A stretch of DNA of 63,989 nt, the filler included, from Octopus bimaculoides (taxonomy: Eukaryota): the NCBI RefSeq assembly GCF_001194135.2. It is 5 parts of 5 records of this genome, joined end to end, with 100 filler letters (N's around TTAATTAATTAA, not from the genome) between each part and the next. Parts side by side here need not be neighbours in the genome. Positions count along the whole stretch, not along the records: positions 28,294 to 52,115 come from NC_068982.1; 4 more parts are not named here. One strand, 5' to 3'. This document shows positions 38,575 to 50,628 of this stretch, piece by piece. Position 1 is the first letter of the stretch, and every line of letters starts with the position of its first letter. The notes beneath the pieces were generated by a model that saw only the letters and a program-made list of their open reading frames with translations, was not told where the DNA came from and made no database searches. The position numbers and the translations under genes were made by a program.

Positions 38575-40502
38575 TATTATGGTGTTGTTATCTTCTTTCA
38601 TCAAAATTTCTTCCATTTCTCGCCGAGTATTTTCCTAGGGCAGAGAAGCTCATTGTATGCATTCCCAGTTTACACACGCAAATTCACGGGTAAAATATGT
38701 ATTAAAAAAATAATAATAATAAATTCATGAATGGATGTTGTTTTCACAGCGATAATGCTCTTCTCAGTACATGAGTCGTTCCAGTTAACACGATTTTTTG
38801 CACTTCTTGTAGGGATGGTAAGCCTGGAATCATTTTCAAATAGGTTTCAGTACCTTTCTTTATCATTCCTAGAGATCCTGCGATCACTGGTACGGTAGTC
38901 GCCTTGAGGTGCCACATTTTTTCATTTTCTATTAGCAAGTTTATTACTGATCTTGTCAAATTCTTTCGTCGCTATATTGTGATCGCAAGGAATACTCATG
39001 TCAATTAATAAACACATCTTTGATCTTCTATAATAATATCCGGCTTATTAGCTTTTATAGTTTTGTCGGTGTGTACGGGGAAGTCCCAGAGAATAGATAC
39101 ATTTTCTCCCTCAGTCACAGCTTCAGGATGGTGTTTATATCATTTGTCAGCGGTTTTGATTTTACAATGCCGACATATTGTCCAGTGTAAATACTGGCCG
39201 ACTCTGTCATGTCTTGCTTTATATTCTACTGGTGCTAAGACTCTATAGGTGGTCTATAGTTTCAATCTCATCGTTATAGAATCGGAATTTTGGGTCAGCT
39301 CCATTTTTTATTACATTGGCTTGGTAGTTTCGGGTTAATAAGCTTTAGTCTTGAGCAACTAATATGAAACCTTCACTCTCTGCTTTTAGCCCTGAGCTTC
39401 GTAACCATTGATGCGTGCGTTTCTGGTCGATATCAGCTTCTCTGCTACGGGCCACATACTTGCCATGCAGAGGTTTCTGTTCCCATCTGCTAGCTAAGTT
39501 TTCATATGCTTTTGTCTTTGCAATTAATTAAATTTTCTTTGTAGCAGCAGTTGACGCATTTCCTTCATCCTGATCAAGCTGGTGGGTATCTAAGAGATCA
39601 GTAGCGAATGATTTACTCTCTTTCAGAGTAGAGTGAAGTTTTTTCGATCTTTCATGTTTTTCAACGAGTTTTAGCATCCAATCGTTGGTTGTTTCAAGGT
39701 ATTTGGTCAGTCCGATTGTGGTGCTTTTGTACGTAAGTTCAAGCTGGATCAAGCCTCGACCTCCCTGAGCTCTGGGAAGGTAAAGACGATCCACGTCTGC
39801 CTTTGTGTGGTGCATCTTATTACAAGTCAGTAACTTGCGGATTTTTCTATCAATTTTCCTTATTTCACTAGTATTCCAGTTAAGGACATTGAAGCTATAA
39901 AGAACAACTAGGACTGCTAAGGAAATTATGGCTAACACCTTATTATATGCATTCAGCTCAGACTTCAGAACTGCTCGAACTCTTCTATAACATTCATTCC
40001 TAACATTCTCTTTCATGCTCGCATGCTGGATACCAGAGCCTTCATTTATTCCTAGGTATTTATAGGTTTGTTCCTGCTCAAGTTCCTTTATTACTGTTTC
40101 GACATCTAATTCTATTGAATTTGACTTTACCAGTTTCCCCTTCTTAAAAGTGATTTGGCACACTTTTCAAGGCCAAACACCATGCCAATATCATCACTGA
40201 ATCCTTTTACAGTATGTAGTAGTCCTTCAAGCTCTTCATCATCTTTGCCATATAGTTTTAAATCATCCATATAAAATAGATGGCTTATTTTCCTGTTGTC
40301 AATTGTGTAGCCATACCCTGTTCTATTCAGTTCACTTGAGAGTGGTATTAGTGCTATGCAGAAATGAGAGTGGTATTAATGCAATGCAGAAATGAGAGTG
40401 GTATTAGTGCAATGCAGAAATGAGAGTGGTATTAGTGCTATGAGGAAATGAAAGTGGTGTTAGTGCTATAAAGAAATGAGAGTGATATTAGTGCGATGCA
40501 GT
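38575..40502 (-). mobile_element. R4/Dong-clade non-LTR retrotransposon, 5'-truncated and degenerate (RT C-terminal half, decayed CCHC finger, restriction-like endonuclease)
   Basis: Minus-strand translation gives PLHFCIALIPLS..ISHLFYMDDLKLY (YMDD at 40273-40262), YKYLGI, LYLPRAQGGRGL, a decayed knuckle (PKFRFYNDEIETIDHL), ANKPDIII..LIDMSIP, and the R4-type end VPVIAGSLG..QKIVLTGTTHVLRRALSL*. Several frameshifts and stops. The 3' UTR runs into (TAA)n at ~38575. Confidence 0.9.
40338..40502. repeat. 28-bp minisatellite (~6 units, gagagtggtattagtgctatgcagaaat) derived from Dong RT coding sequence
   Basis: Units start at 40338, 40366, 40394, 40422, 40450 and 40478. The reverse complement encodes the PLHFCIALIP segment contiguous with the RT. 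Confidence 0.9.
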
Positions 40503-40811
40503 GTTATTATTATTATTATTGTTGTTGTTGTTGCTGTTGTTGTTGTTGTTGTTGCCTTTGCATAGCTTCTAACGCTGGAGATGTACTACAATGTCAGCTG
40601 TTCACTACCAGTGAACTAAGGTAACACCTCTTATATTTCGAGTACCTTCCGGAGTATTCGAGCGGTTCCAAGCAGTACTGTTTTCTGCAAGTGCTCCACC
40701 CTTATTGCAGTCCCTATTCGTTCCACGTACTTCTCGAGATTTTTGCTCACTGTTCCAAGGGCTCCGACAATTATTGGCACTACTACCACCATTTTTATCG
40801 ACCACAACTGC

Positions 40812-40812
<1 letters not shown>
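40503..40812 (-). mobile_element. R4/Dong 3'-end fragment no. 2 with (CAA/TAA)n tail
   Basis: Minus strand reads KQLWSIKMVVVVPIIVGALGTVSKNLEKYVERIGTAIRVEHLQKTVLLGTARILRKVLEI* (TAA 40633-40631), then a ~80-nt UTR and the tail at 40503-40553. Its 5' end abuts (TAA)n. Confidence 0.85.
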
Positions 40813-40849
<37 letters not shown>

Positions 40850-41310
40850 GTTGTTGTTGTTGTTGTTGTTGTTGTATGAAAACTCACAGCTTATTTTGCT
40901 GGGTATGATGGAAAGTGTCAGCTGTCCATATCCAGCAGGTTAAGGTGACACTTGTTTACTGGTCATGCTTCAAGAACCCTGCGAAGAATTCTTGTAGTTC
41001 CAAGGAATGCTGATTTTTGTAGGTGTTCTACCTTCACACTTGCACCGATCTTTTTCAGCCATGTTGGTAGTTGAGTGCTGATACTTCTTCCAAGTGCCCC
41101 AATTACTACCAGTATAGCGTCTACTCTCTTCATTGACCACAACCTTCGTATTTTCTACTTTAAGTCGTCATAGTTGTTTACATTTTGTTCTTTCACATTG
41201 ATCCTGTTCTCAACGACTTTTATCATCCAGTCGTTAGATGTTTCAACATATTTAGCCAGTTCAATTGTGGTGGTTTTCTAAGCGATTTCAAATTGGATCA
41301 AGGCTCGATT
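40813..41310 (-). mobile_element. R4/Dong fragment no. 3 (internally deleted or chimeric) with tail
   Basis: Reads RALIQFEIA*KTTTIELAKYVETSNDWMIKVVE fused to NRINVKEQ..IRRLWSMKRV..VIGALG..LQKSAFLGTTRILRRVLEA* (TGA 40965-40963). The tail spans 40813-40874. Confidence 0.85.
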
Positions 41311-41333
41311 ATTGTTGTTGTTATTGTTGTTGC

Positions 41334-41394
<61 letters not shown>

Positions 41395-41552
41395 GTTCAG
41401 TAGTTTTATTTTTATAACGTGCTTTCACTTCACTACCGAGCGCAGCTCTGTGCGCCTTGGGTATGTGCTGTGGTTTGCTGTGGTGCTCTTATGTTTACTG
41501 TATTGAAAGTGTTTTGCGTAGAATGTGTGCAGTACCCAGTAGTGCAATTTTC

Positions 41553-41555
<3 letters not shown>
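41311..41555 (-). mobile_element. R4/Dong 3'-end fragment no. 4 with (TAA)n tail
   Basis: Reads ILKIALLGTAHILRKTLSIQ* (TAA 41497-41495), then a ~100-nt UTR and the TAA array at 41311-41396. Confidence 0.8.
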
Positions 41556-41614
<59 letters not shown>

Positions 41615-41940
41615 CATTATTATTATCATTATTATTATTATTATTATTATTGTTGTATGAAAACTCACAGCTTATTTTACTGAGTATTATGGCAAGTGAC
41701 AGCTGTTCCCAGCCAGCAGACTGAGGTCATACTTGTCTACTGGTGATGCTTCAAGAACCTTGCGAAGAAATTTTGCAGTTCCAAACAATGCTGATTTTTG
41801 TAAGCGTTCTACCTTCACATCTGCACTAATTTTTTTCAGTCATGTTGTTAGTCCAATGCTGATACTTCCAAGTGCGGCAATAATTATTGGTATCACTATT
41901 GGTATTCTCGTCATTGACCACAACCTTCGTATTTCCCTAG
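41556..41940 (-). mobile_element. R4/Dong 3'-end fragment no. 5 with (TAA)n tail
   Basis: Reads REIRRLWSMT..IIAALGSISIGLTT*LKKISADVKVERLQKSALFGTAKFLRKVLEA. Its 3' UTR (+ strand gtatgaaaactcacagcttatttt) matches that of fragment 3. Confidence 0.85.
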
Positions 41941-42199
41941 TGATAATTGTGGGTTGTTTGTCGAAAATATTTCCTTCTTAAATCTAAAATTCAAACTTTC
42001 ATAAAACAAATATATGAAAGTCAAAAATTAATAGAAATTATGAATTTGAAATGTTCTCGTGCACAAATGATTATATATTTGTAAATGTATTGTATTTTGA
42101 TTTGTTTACTCAAATAATAAAATATATTATTTGTAATATATTTTTGAGAAATATTTTTGGACTGGATCTATGAATCGTTCATGGATGAAGCAGAGCGCG

Positions 42200-43245
42200 T
42201 AGGACATCTTCCATTAAAAGCTCAGGAAAGATATGCAGTATTTTAGAGTGATTCAACTCTCAAACTTGACTTTTCTATGAAAATCTAAAATGCGTTTTGA
42301 GTTGGTGTTCGTGCTCAATTTTCAATGTTGGTGGATTTAGTAATTGAAACCCTTCTGTCATCTGTCACAATGTTTTTGTGTGAATCTGTATTTTCGATGT
42401 TGACTGGAATTAAAACAGATGCTATTAAAAGTATTGAAATTGCCTTGAGACCACCATTAGCAAATATCAAACAAAAATTTGATTTTTTAGGCAAAAATAA
42501 AGAAACACATCCTTCTAACTATACCTATTTTTTGTTTAATAAATTTATATTCAAAAATTGAGAGATGTTAGTTGTTATTGCTGTTTCAAAAATACAAAAA
42601 TGGGAGCTTCGACGGATTTTGGCACTTTTTGCCTAAGGGAGAAAATATTTTCTTTGACATTTTTTCTGTTAACGCTAATTCTGAATTTGGTTTTTCCTTT
42701 GGAGTAACGTTACTTTAGAAATGATGCTTTTCTATTCTTTTAAGAAAAGATTTTGTATATTTTTGTATTATTTTTCAACTTTTTCGTATATTTATATTAA
42801 CAACGTTGATTTTGAATTGACATTTTAAAACTTTGCTTCTGCCGCTGATTCTTATTTATTTGAGTTATGATCGAAAAAAATAAACATATATTGTTATTTA
42901 AGTAAACAAACTATATATTTAATTTTGTTGAATATATCCGAATAATTACCTTTTATTTCGAATCGTCCATTTCGAGTATGAAAAAAATCCTTTATTCTTC
43001 TGAATGAATAAATAATATTAACTGCAAGACTTTTCTTAAAAGAACATTTCCTATAGAGAAAATATCTCCTGAGCAATTTTCTAAAGGAGATTTTTGCGTG
43101 TTCGTCATTTTTTTTTTTTGTAGTAAAAATCGCCAATAGTTGATTTTTACCAAGTTTTCTAGGTTTCATGGGCAGAGAACACCAGAAATGTCTTTTAGCA
43201 AACTTAAGGGTGAAGCTTGCAATTCAAAAAGTTTAGGATGACCTG
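42200..43245 (+). mobile_element. Older hAT (Buster-like) remnant: transposase C-terminal dimerisation region plus probable right end
   Basis: SDSTLKLDF..LLSSVTMFLCESVFSMLTGIKT..LRPPLANIKQKFDFLGKNKETHPSN resembles the hAT C-terminus. aaaaagtttaggatgacctg ending at 43245 resembles a hAT terminal repeat; that end assignment is tentative. Confidence 0.7.
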
Positions 43246-46200
43246 TCTCATGTTTACACACCCTCCTTTTTGCTAATAAGAGCTGAAGAGTTTTATTTTG
43301 TTTGTTATTTTCTCCCTATTATTTATTAGGGGTGGTCTATATATGGTCTGAGAATTTGAAATTGAAAACGTATCTCACAGCCTCCGATTAGGAAAGAGAA
43401 TTTTATATAGGCCACTCTTCCTTGGAATTTATCAAATTGGGTATTTTCAAAACTGTGGTTACCATTGGCTTTCAAGCATTCCTGAATTGAAATTCATTTT
43501 TAATAAGTTCGTATTTCTCATTTCACACAGTTAGATGAACTTGTCATGCTTTTAACAAGTTATTTACCTCATACGAGTGATAATGAGGATGATCATTATG
43601 TTCACATTGATAATGATAGCGACAATGATGATAGCAGTCGGCTTGAAAATAATGATTTTTTACATTAATTTCTTACATAATAACTATTTTTCAATGAAAT
43701 AATTGATAATGATATACAATGGTACCGCTGGTGAAATATTGGAGGAGTGGTGATGATGATGAGGAGACATAAATAATAATCATGAACTACATAATAAACC
43801 AGAAAGTGTGGAATATTGTTTTTCACAGTTTAAAGCTTCCTAGGAAATAATGATGAAAAGAGTTAGTATTAGAGTTGAAGTATAAATGTTTGTAAATACG
43901 AAAGCTGCCATCGATCATGAATAAGACATAAAATCTTTTTTGTCGGCAACAACATTTACCAATTAATTTCAGGGTTGTAATGGAACATCCAATAACACTG
44001 CTTTTTCTTTGAAGTTTCAAGTTTCTTACAAAATAGCTGAGTTCAGTTTACGTTATCAGACGTGGCTCACCCAGATAAAAGAACAGAATATTTTAGGGCG
44101 TTTTTTTTTTAAAGTTTTACAAGTTACGTCTGCCCCTTCATGTTCCACGCAGATTTTAACGGAATTATATATAAAACTGAATCATGTACGTTTCTTTTTT
44201 GCATATTTTTTCAAGGCCACTGGTATAAGTTAGAAATAGCAATTCCTATTACAATTTATTCACTATCTGAAAACCATAAGCATTACTAAACACATGGTCT
44301 TCTGTTTGCTAATCAATCGGAGGTGAAGTTGTCTGGCGTAAATATTGCAATATAATCGTATAAAGCAATTCATTCTTGATCACTCGTTAAATTTGAAGTA
44401 TATGTAAGAAATAAAGTTTGCGTGTCGCATTTGTTACTTATGTCAAGTTTTAAAATATACACATGAAACGAATTTATAAATTTTAACAATCATTTAAACC
44501 CCTACAAAAATAAATATGAAGAAATTAAATCGCTTTTTCTTTTCGTGCTGTTTGTTTGCTTTGAAATTTACATTTTATAGTTTACAAGAAATGAAAATTA
44601 TTAATGAGATGATGGTGACATTAAGAACCAAAAATGTCAGTGAAACACCGAAGGTCGGCCATGATGATGATGATGGTGATCATCATCATCATCATCATCG
44701 TCGTCGTCGTCGTCATGAATATATTCATCAGCCTTCTCATGAGAAGGAGGAGGGGATGTAGCGACGAAAATTAGATTGATCTAATGACGATAATGATTAC
44801 AGAGGTGAATGCTGAGAACAATTAATCACCGAAGAGTTTAAAAGCTCCATTGTAATGGGTTGTGAAACGTTTATAAACTGGATGAGTATAATGTCTTTGT
44901 TAATTATGCTAATGTAAAGACTATGTTGACCTCATAATCCCTACAAGAACACATGAATTAGCATTGCAAACATATATTACTGTAAAATTACTAAAATTCT
45001 ATATTTGACTTAAATGGAAGATGTTTTGGGAAAAATTACTTTAATTTACATTAAATCAGTTAATTCAAAAGTTTACAACACGCAAGGAAGTTTGAAGTGA
45101 AACAAATTAAAATTTTAGCATTCAACAAAACTATTTCCTATAGCATATGGCCGTTTTAAAGATTACCAGTAACAACATTTAACTAATTCTCATTACTAAA
45201 TGTCCAACTTTTTTTTACATATGAATTATAAAGTTGTTTTATATTCATAGTCCAGGGAACACTACGNNNNNNNNNNNNNNNNNNNNNNNNNNNNNNNNNN
45301 NNNNNNNNNNNNNNNNNNNNNNNNNNNNNNNNNNNNNNNNNNNNNNNNNNNNNNNNNNNNNNNNNNNNNNNNNNNNNNNNNNNNNNNNNNNNNNNNNNNN
45401 NNNNNNNNNNNNNNNNNNNNNNNNNNNNNNNNNNNNNNNNNNNNNNNNNNNNNNNNNNNNNNNNNNNNNNNNNNNNNNNNNNNNNNNNNNNNNNNNNNNN
45501 NNNNNNNNNNNNNNNNNNNNNNNNNNNNNNNNNNNNNNNNNNNNNNNNNNNNNNNNNNNNNNNNNNNNNNNNNNNNNNNNNNNNNNNNNNNNNNNNNNNN
45601 NNNNNNNNNNNNNNNNNNNNNNNNNNNNNNNNNNNNNNNNNNNNNNNNNNNNNNNNNNNNNNNNNNNNNNNNNNNNNNNNNNNNNNNNNNNNNNNNNNNN
45701 NNNNNNNNNNNNNNNNNNNNNNNNNNNNNNNNNNNNNNNNNNNNNNNNNNNNNNNNNNNNNNNNNNNNNNNNNNNNNNNNNNNNNNNNNNNNNNNNNNNN
45801 NNNNNNNNNNNNNNNNNNNNNNNNNNNNNNNNNNNNNNNNNNNNNNNNNNNNNNNNNNNNNNNNNNNNNNNNNNNNNNNNNNNNNNNNNNNNNNNNNNNN
45901 NNNNNNNNNNNNNNNNNNNNNNNNNNNNNNNNNNNNNNNNNNNNNNNNNNNNNNNNNNNNNNNNNNNNNNNNNNNNNNNNNNNNNNNNNNNNNNNNNNNN
46001 NNNNNNNNNNNNNNNNNNNNNNNNNNNNNNNNNNNNNNNNNNNNNNNNCCTTAGCTCTAGATATTACAATCATTCGCAAATATACAAGTGTCAACACGTG
46101 GCACCAATCTGAGAAAAAAAATACCCTTCTACACCAAAGGATGCTTTCGTAAAAGAAGAAACATTTACGAAATCATAACGATAGTCGAAGGTATATGGAA

Positions 46201-46542
46201 AGTAAAGAGAGAAGTTGGCAAACCAAAGGGGAAACACATTTCCACAAGTTAAGGTAAAAATAAACAGACATGGAAATCGAGTTATAAATATTTATGTTAT
46301 CTTTTATTTGTTTCACATAATTGGACTGTAGCCATGCGGGGTAACCACCTTGGAATATTTTAGTCAAGCAAATTATCTCCTACACTTATGTTTTTCTAAA
46401 GTTTGGTACGTATTCTATTGCTCAATTTTGATGAACCGTTATATTACAAAGATATAAACAGACCAACGCTAATTGTCAAGTGGTGTGGTGAGGTAAAACA
46501 CATAGACACATACACACACATACATACACACACATACGTTCA

Positions 46543-46574
<32 letters not shown>

Positions 46575-46784
46575 CACATACATAAATACACACACGTATA
46601 AACATACACACATATACATACATACATATATATATATATGTATATGAGCGGTAGTGGTGTCAATTAGACCCAGAGATTTGAAGTAATGCTGAGTAAGTGC
46701 TATGGATAGACCATAGTTAAGCTCCAGGTTCGGTGATTATGCGAATAAGGGGTCCAACCTAGGTTATATATCAGCGTGTGCATA

Positions 46785-46917
46785 TAAGGATTTACTTTTC
46801 GTAATGAGATAAAAAAAACCAAGGCTGTGTATATTTTAGAACTTTTGTAAATAGAAGGTCTTACAGCTAAAATATACAATGCCTTGGTTTTTTTTATCTC
46901 ATTACGAAAAGTAAATC

Positions 46918-46921
<4 letters not shown>
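46785..46921. mobile_element. Palindromic MITE (137 bp) with TA flanks (Tc1/mariner-like target)
   Basis: A perfect 39-bp inverted repeat (aggatttacttttcgtaatgagataaaaaaaaccaaggc) starts at 46787, with its complement at 46881-46919. TA at 46783-84 and 46922-23. Confidence 0.8.
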
Positions 46922-46951
<30 letters not shown>

Positions 46952-47211
46952 TAAAGGGAATAATTAATAATTTTTTTCCCTTATGAGGTTTTGTACGCTA
47001 ACTACTTGATAAATTCTTATTAAGATTTTATCCTATTTTCAAATTATATATATACCACGGGTTTCCACACAGTTACCATTTACCAAATTAACTTACAAGA
47101 CATTGGTCAACCTGGAGTACAATTTATGGAAGAACGGACAGATAACAGAAGAACTGGAACTACCACCGAAGCTGAAAATGATACTAGACAGATAAGCTCT
47201 ACGATCTAGAG

Positions 47212-49115
47212 CAGTGGCTCTTAACCATTTTGCTACCACGCCTCCCCTAATAATTTGTCCTCTCCACGCCCCCTTGCATCTATGAGTAAAATTCCCTCCC
47301 AGATTTTAAATAAAATCTAAGATATGTTGTTAGTCTTTTTATTGAATATGAATTAGTCACATTATTAGAGATATACTTGACACTGCTTCTTAGCTACAAG
47401 ATCTTTCATGCATGGTTGAATGTCAGAGAGTGCACAACGTATGTCCCTTTCAACATTCAGCCTGTTTCTATACTTGGTCTTGACAGCAACGACTATAGAA
47501 AATGCAGCCGCACAAAGATACGTGGATCCAAACATAGCTAAAATCTGATGAGCCTGATATGTGATCAAAGGATAAACAGGAAGGTACAGAACGTTTCAAG
47601 ATCCAGTTCTTTTAAGTCTTCCTTAGCTGGGGTGGGGGGTTGAACCTCAGCTGAAGAAACTCCTCTTGCAATTCATTCAAAATATCAGTCACTTCACACT
47701 GAAATGTGTCCCTGATGAATTTCCAAGCTTCACGCTTTTTATCTATATCTGGGAAGTATCTGATGAATTTTGTGATTATTTGTTTCATTAACTCAGAATC
47801 AAGGTCACCATGAATGAGAGCAGAATCCAAGTAACTAAAACTGACTGTATTTCCCTGCTAAATTCAACCGTTCCAGAGGTCGAGTTTGGCCATGGAGGTT
47901 CGAATGGTGTCGTGGTGCGTGAGAATGTTGATGTTTTCTCCTTGTAGTTTAAGGTCGAGAGCATTCAACGCTTCGAAGATGTCCACCAGGTAAGCTAGAG
48001 ATAGCTGAAAGCCATCAGGCTGGAACTTGTCATGAAGATCTGTTTCCTGTTGAAAATCTAGAAATATTGTTATTTCTTTTCGTAGTACATAAAACTGTCC
48101 AAGCATGTTTCCCTTTGATAGCCATCGTACATTCGTGTGAAAAAGCAATGCTTCATGTTCCGATTCTATATCATTACACAACAGCTTGAAAAGACGACTA
48201 TTTAAGGTTCCACTTTCAACAAAGATGACAACCTTGATAGCCACGTTCTTGATGCTAAGGCTTCACAATGATGTATGCAGTGTGTACCTACAACATATGG
48301 GTTTTCTTCTCTCACCCTAGTAAGGAATCCAAACTGCAGACCAAGCATGACTGGAGCTCCATCAGTGCACACCCCTACCAGTGAATCCCATAAAAGTTGG
48401 TTTCCTGAAAGAAGTTTGATACATCACTAAAAATAACTGCTGCTGTTGTCATCGATAGGGTGACAGAACAACGTTTCCTCTTATACACAGTTGTCTGACA
48501 CAAAACGAACATTTCCTGTTTCACACATTCGCCTGACACAAAACGAACGTATACCAGTAGCTGAGAACACTGAGCAGTGTCAGTCGTTTCGTCACACTGG
48601 ATGGCAAAAACAGGAGAATCTCTTACTTGGTCGAGAATTTGATCTTTGTTGTCTTGGGACAAGTCATCGATGCTTCCCTTGACTGTATCATTTGATAGTG
48701 AAATCTGAGAAAGCTTGTTTGCACTCTCTTTCCCCAAAACGAGTTCTACTGCACGGAGTAGACTTGGTTTTATTAGAGTCTCTCCAATGTTATGACTTTT
48801 CTTGCTCTTTGCAATCAACATGGCGATCTCATAGGAAGCCTCAGTAACAATTGAAATTTGTTGCCGAAATACCCCACTACCGTCCAACTTAAATTGCTTC
48901 AAGGAATGTCTTTTTGTTTCAAAGAATGTTTTGGGATTGTCTGCAAGAGCAAGATGTGCTATCCTCAAGTGATGTTCCAAACGTGAGGGTCTCATTCCAT
49001 CATTGCTCAAAGTTTTGTAACATATCACACACTGGTGGACTTCTGTGACACCCTTTTGGAGAGACACGAATCTAAATCCAATATATTCAAGATACTTCCG
49101 TTTCTTTGCACTCAT
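47212..49115 (-). mobile_element. hAT DNA transposon, Buster/Charlie (ZBED5-like) family; transposase pseudogene
   Basis: Contains an N-terminal BED-like CVIC..H..H, DETTD, GVCTDGAP..THCIHH, LLFHTNVRWLSKG and the C-terminal FGSTYLCAAAFS..KTKYRNRL. Broken by frameshifts and deletions. A TIR-like cagtggctcttaacc at 47212 is preceded by atctagag (NNNTANNN). Confidence 0.92.
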
Positions 49116-50547
49116 TGCGAATTATTTGATGTACAGTGGTTAACACAAATATGTGAACAAAAGATAAGGCACGCGTAAGGTAACGTTAAAGCCTAAATTA
49201 GAACGCTTGGAGTAAAAGTTCTGAAAAAATTAAAACAGAAAATTTGGAATAAAAGTTAAATTCAAATAAAAGTTATTCGTAAAAGTTGTATAATAAAATA
49301 TTATCTTTATTTGTACGAAAATATAAAAAAAAAAGGTTTCTTGAAAAAGAAAAGAGTTTACATAGCTTTTAGTTTCACCTAGTACTTTCTGTAATATTTA
49401 AATCTGAATTTTAGTTTAACATTTGGATTTAAAGTATAATGTTTTTCTTACAAACAAATTTACTATATTTTTAATATAAACATTTAATATCAAAAGTTTT
49501 GGTTTTATTGTTAAAATCTTTTATTTTTCCAATCTGTGTTTTAATATTTTTGAGACTTTTGTTTTATTTCCTATTTTTAAATATATCATATATTTCATCT
49601 TGCTAAAATTTAAAAATAGGTTTCAACTTTTTAAATTAAGTTAATATTCTTTAGTATGTTACTATAATGATTTGGTAATGTTTTAGCATGCCTCCTGATT
49701 TTTAAGAATCACATTTTTTCATATATATAAAAACTGTGGATCAAACTTATTTATAACCTATTAAAAAGATATTTGTCCTTACACGATAATAATATCTAAG
49801 CTTTTTACCTGTGGTTCTGAACCTGTGTCTTGTAACAAAAAATTACGAAATAAAGGCAAATGTTAAAGTTACAATTCAGAATTAGTGAGGGTTTTAAGGG
49901 ATATGAAGTGGAGTCAACAGGTACAGAAAATGGTAAGTAGCGCTAAGATAGAATAAGAAAACTAAAGGTATAAGGCAATACTTTGGCATTTTTTCATAAA
50001 CTTCTCATTATTTGACCATGCTCCCGTTAAGAGAATAACAAATATAATTAGAGAAATTCCTGTTTTTTCTCAAAGGCTCGCGCCTATCTTGGAAATTAGT
50101 AACGCCCCCCCCCTTAAGATATAATCTTGAGAGATACGATTATCGATATTTGATCCTTCAGTTATATCAATAAAGAGACAAGGACAGCTGTCGTACAAGA
50201 TCTTCGTGGGCTAATAGAGTAAAACTGTACAAGCGAGCACAAAGGCTATATTAAAACAGTCTTTTATAGCTTAACTAGCGGGAAAGAGCTAAGCGTAGTA
50301 CCTTCAAAGCAACCCCTCCATGACTTGTGATATTGATGCGCATTATGGTCAGATTGCACATCGGTAAATGTTAGTCGTTAAGAAATATAATGACAGAAGG
50401 AATTCCAGTAGGTTAAAATTTTGAAAAGGAAGTACTGAGTGTATTTATTTGTACAAAAAGTGGCAGTAAAACGCAGTTGGACTTGAGTGTCGGTGATATG
50501 CATTCTGTTCATTCGGAAAAATGGAAGCCATTTTGTAGAGATTAGAA

Positions 50548-50628
<81 letters not shown>

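Noticed and set aside
41312-41724. Poly-Leu/poly-Ile ORFs that look like membrane or signal peptides (also 37603-37797, 63534-63891)
   Set aside because: They are trinucleotide arrays and Dong tails.
40503-41940. Alternating repeat/unique pattern resembling a CRISPR-like array
   Set aside because: The 'repeats' are variable-length microsatellites and the 'spacers' are LINE 3' ends; the context is eukaryotic and there are no cas genes.
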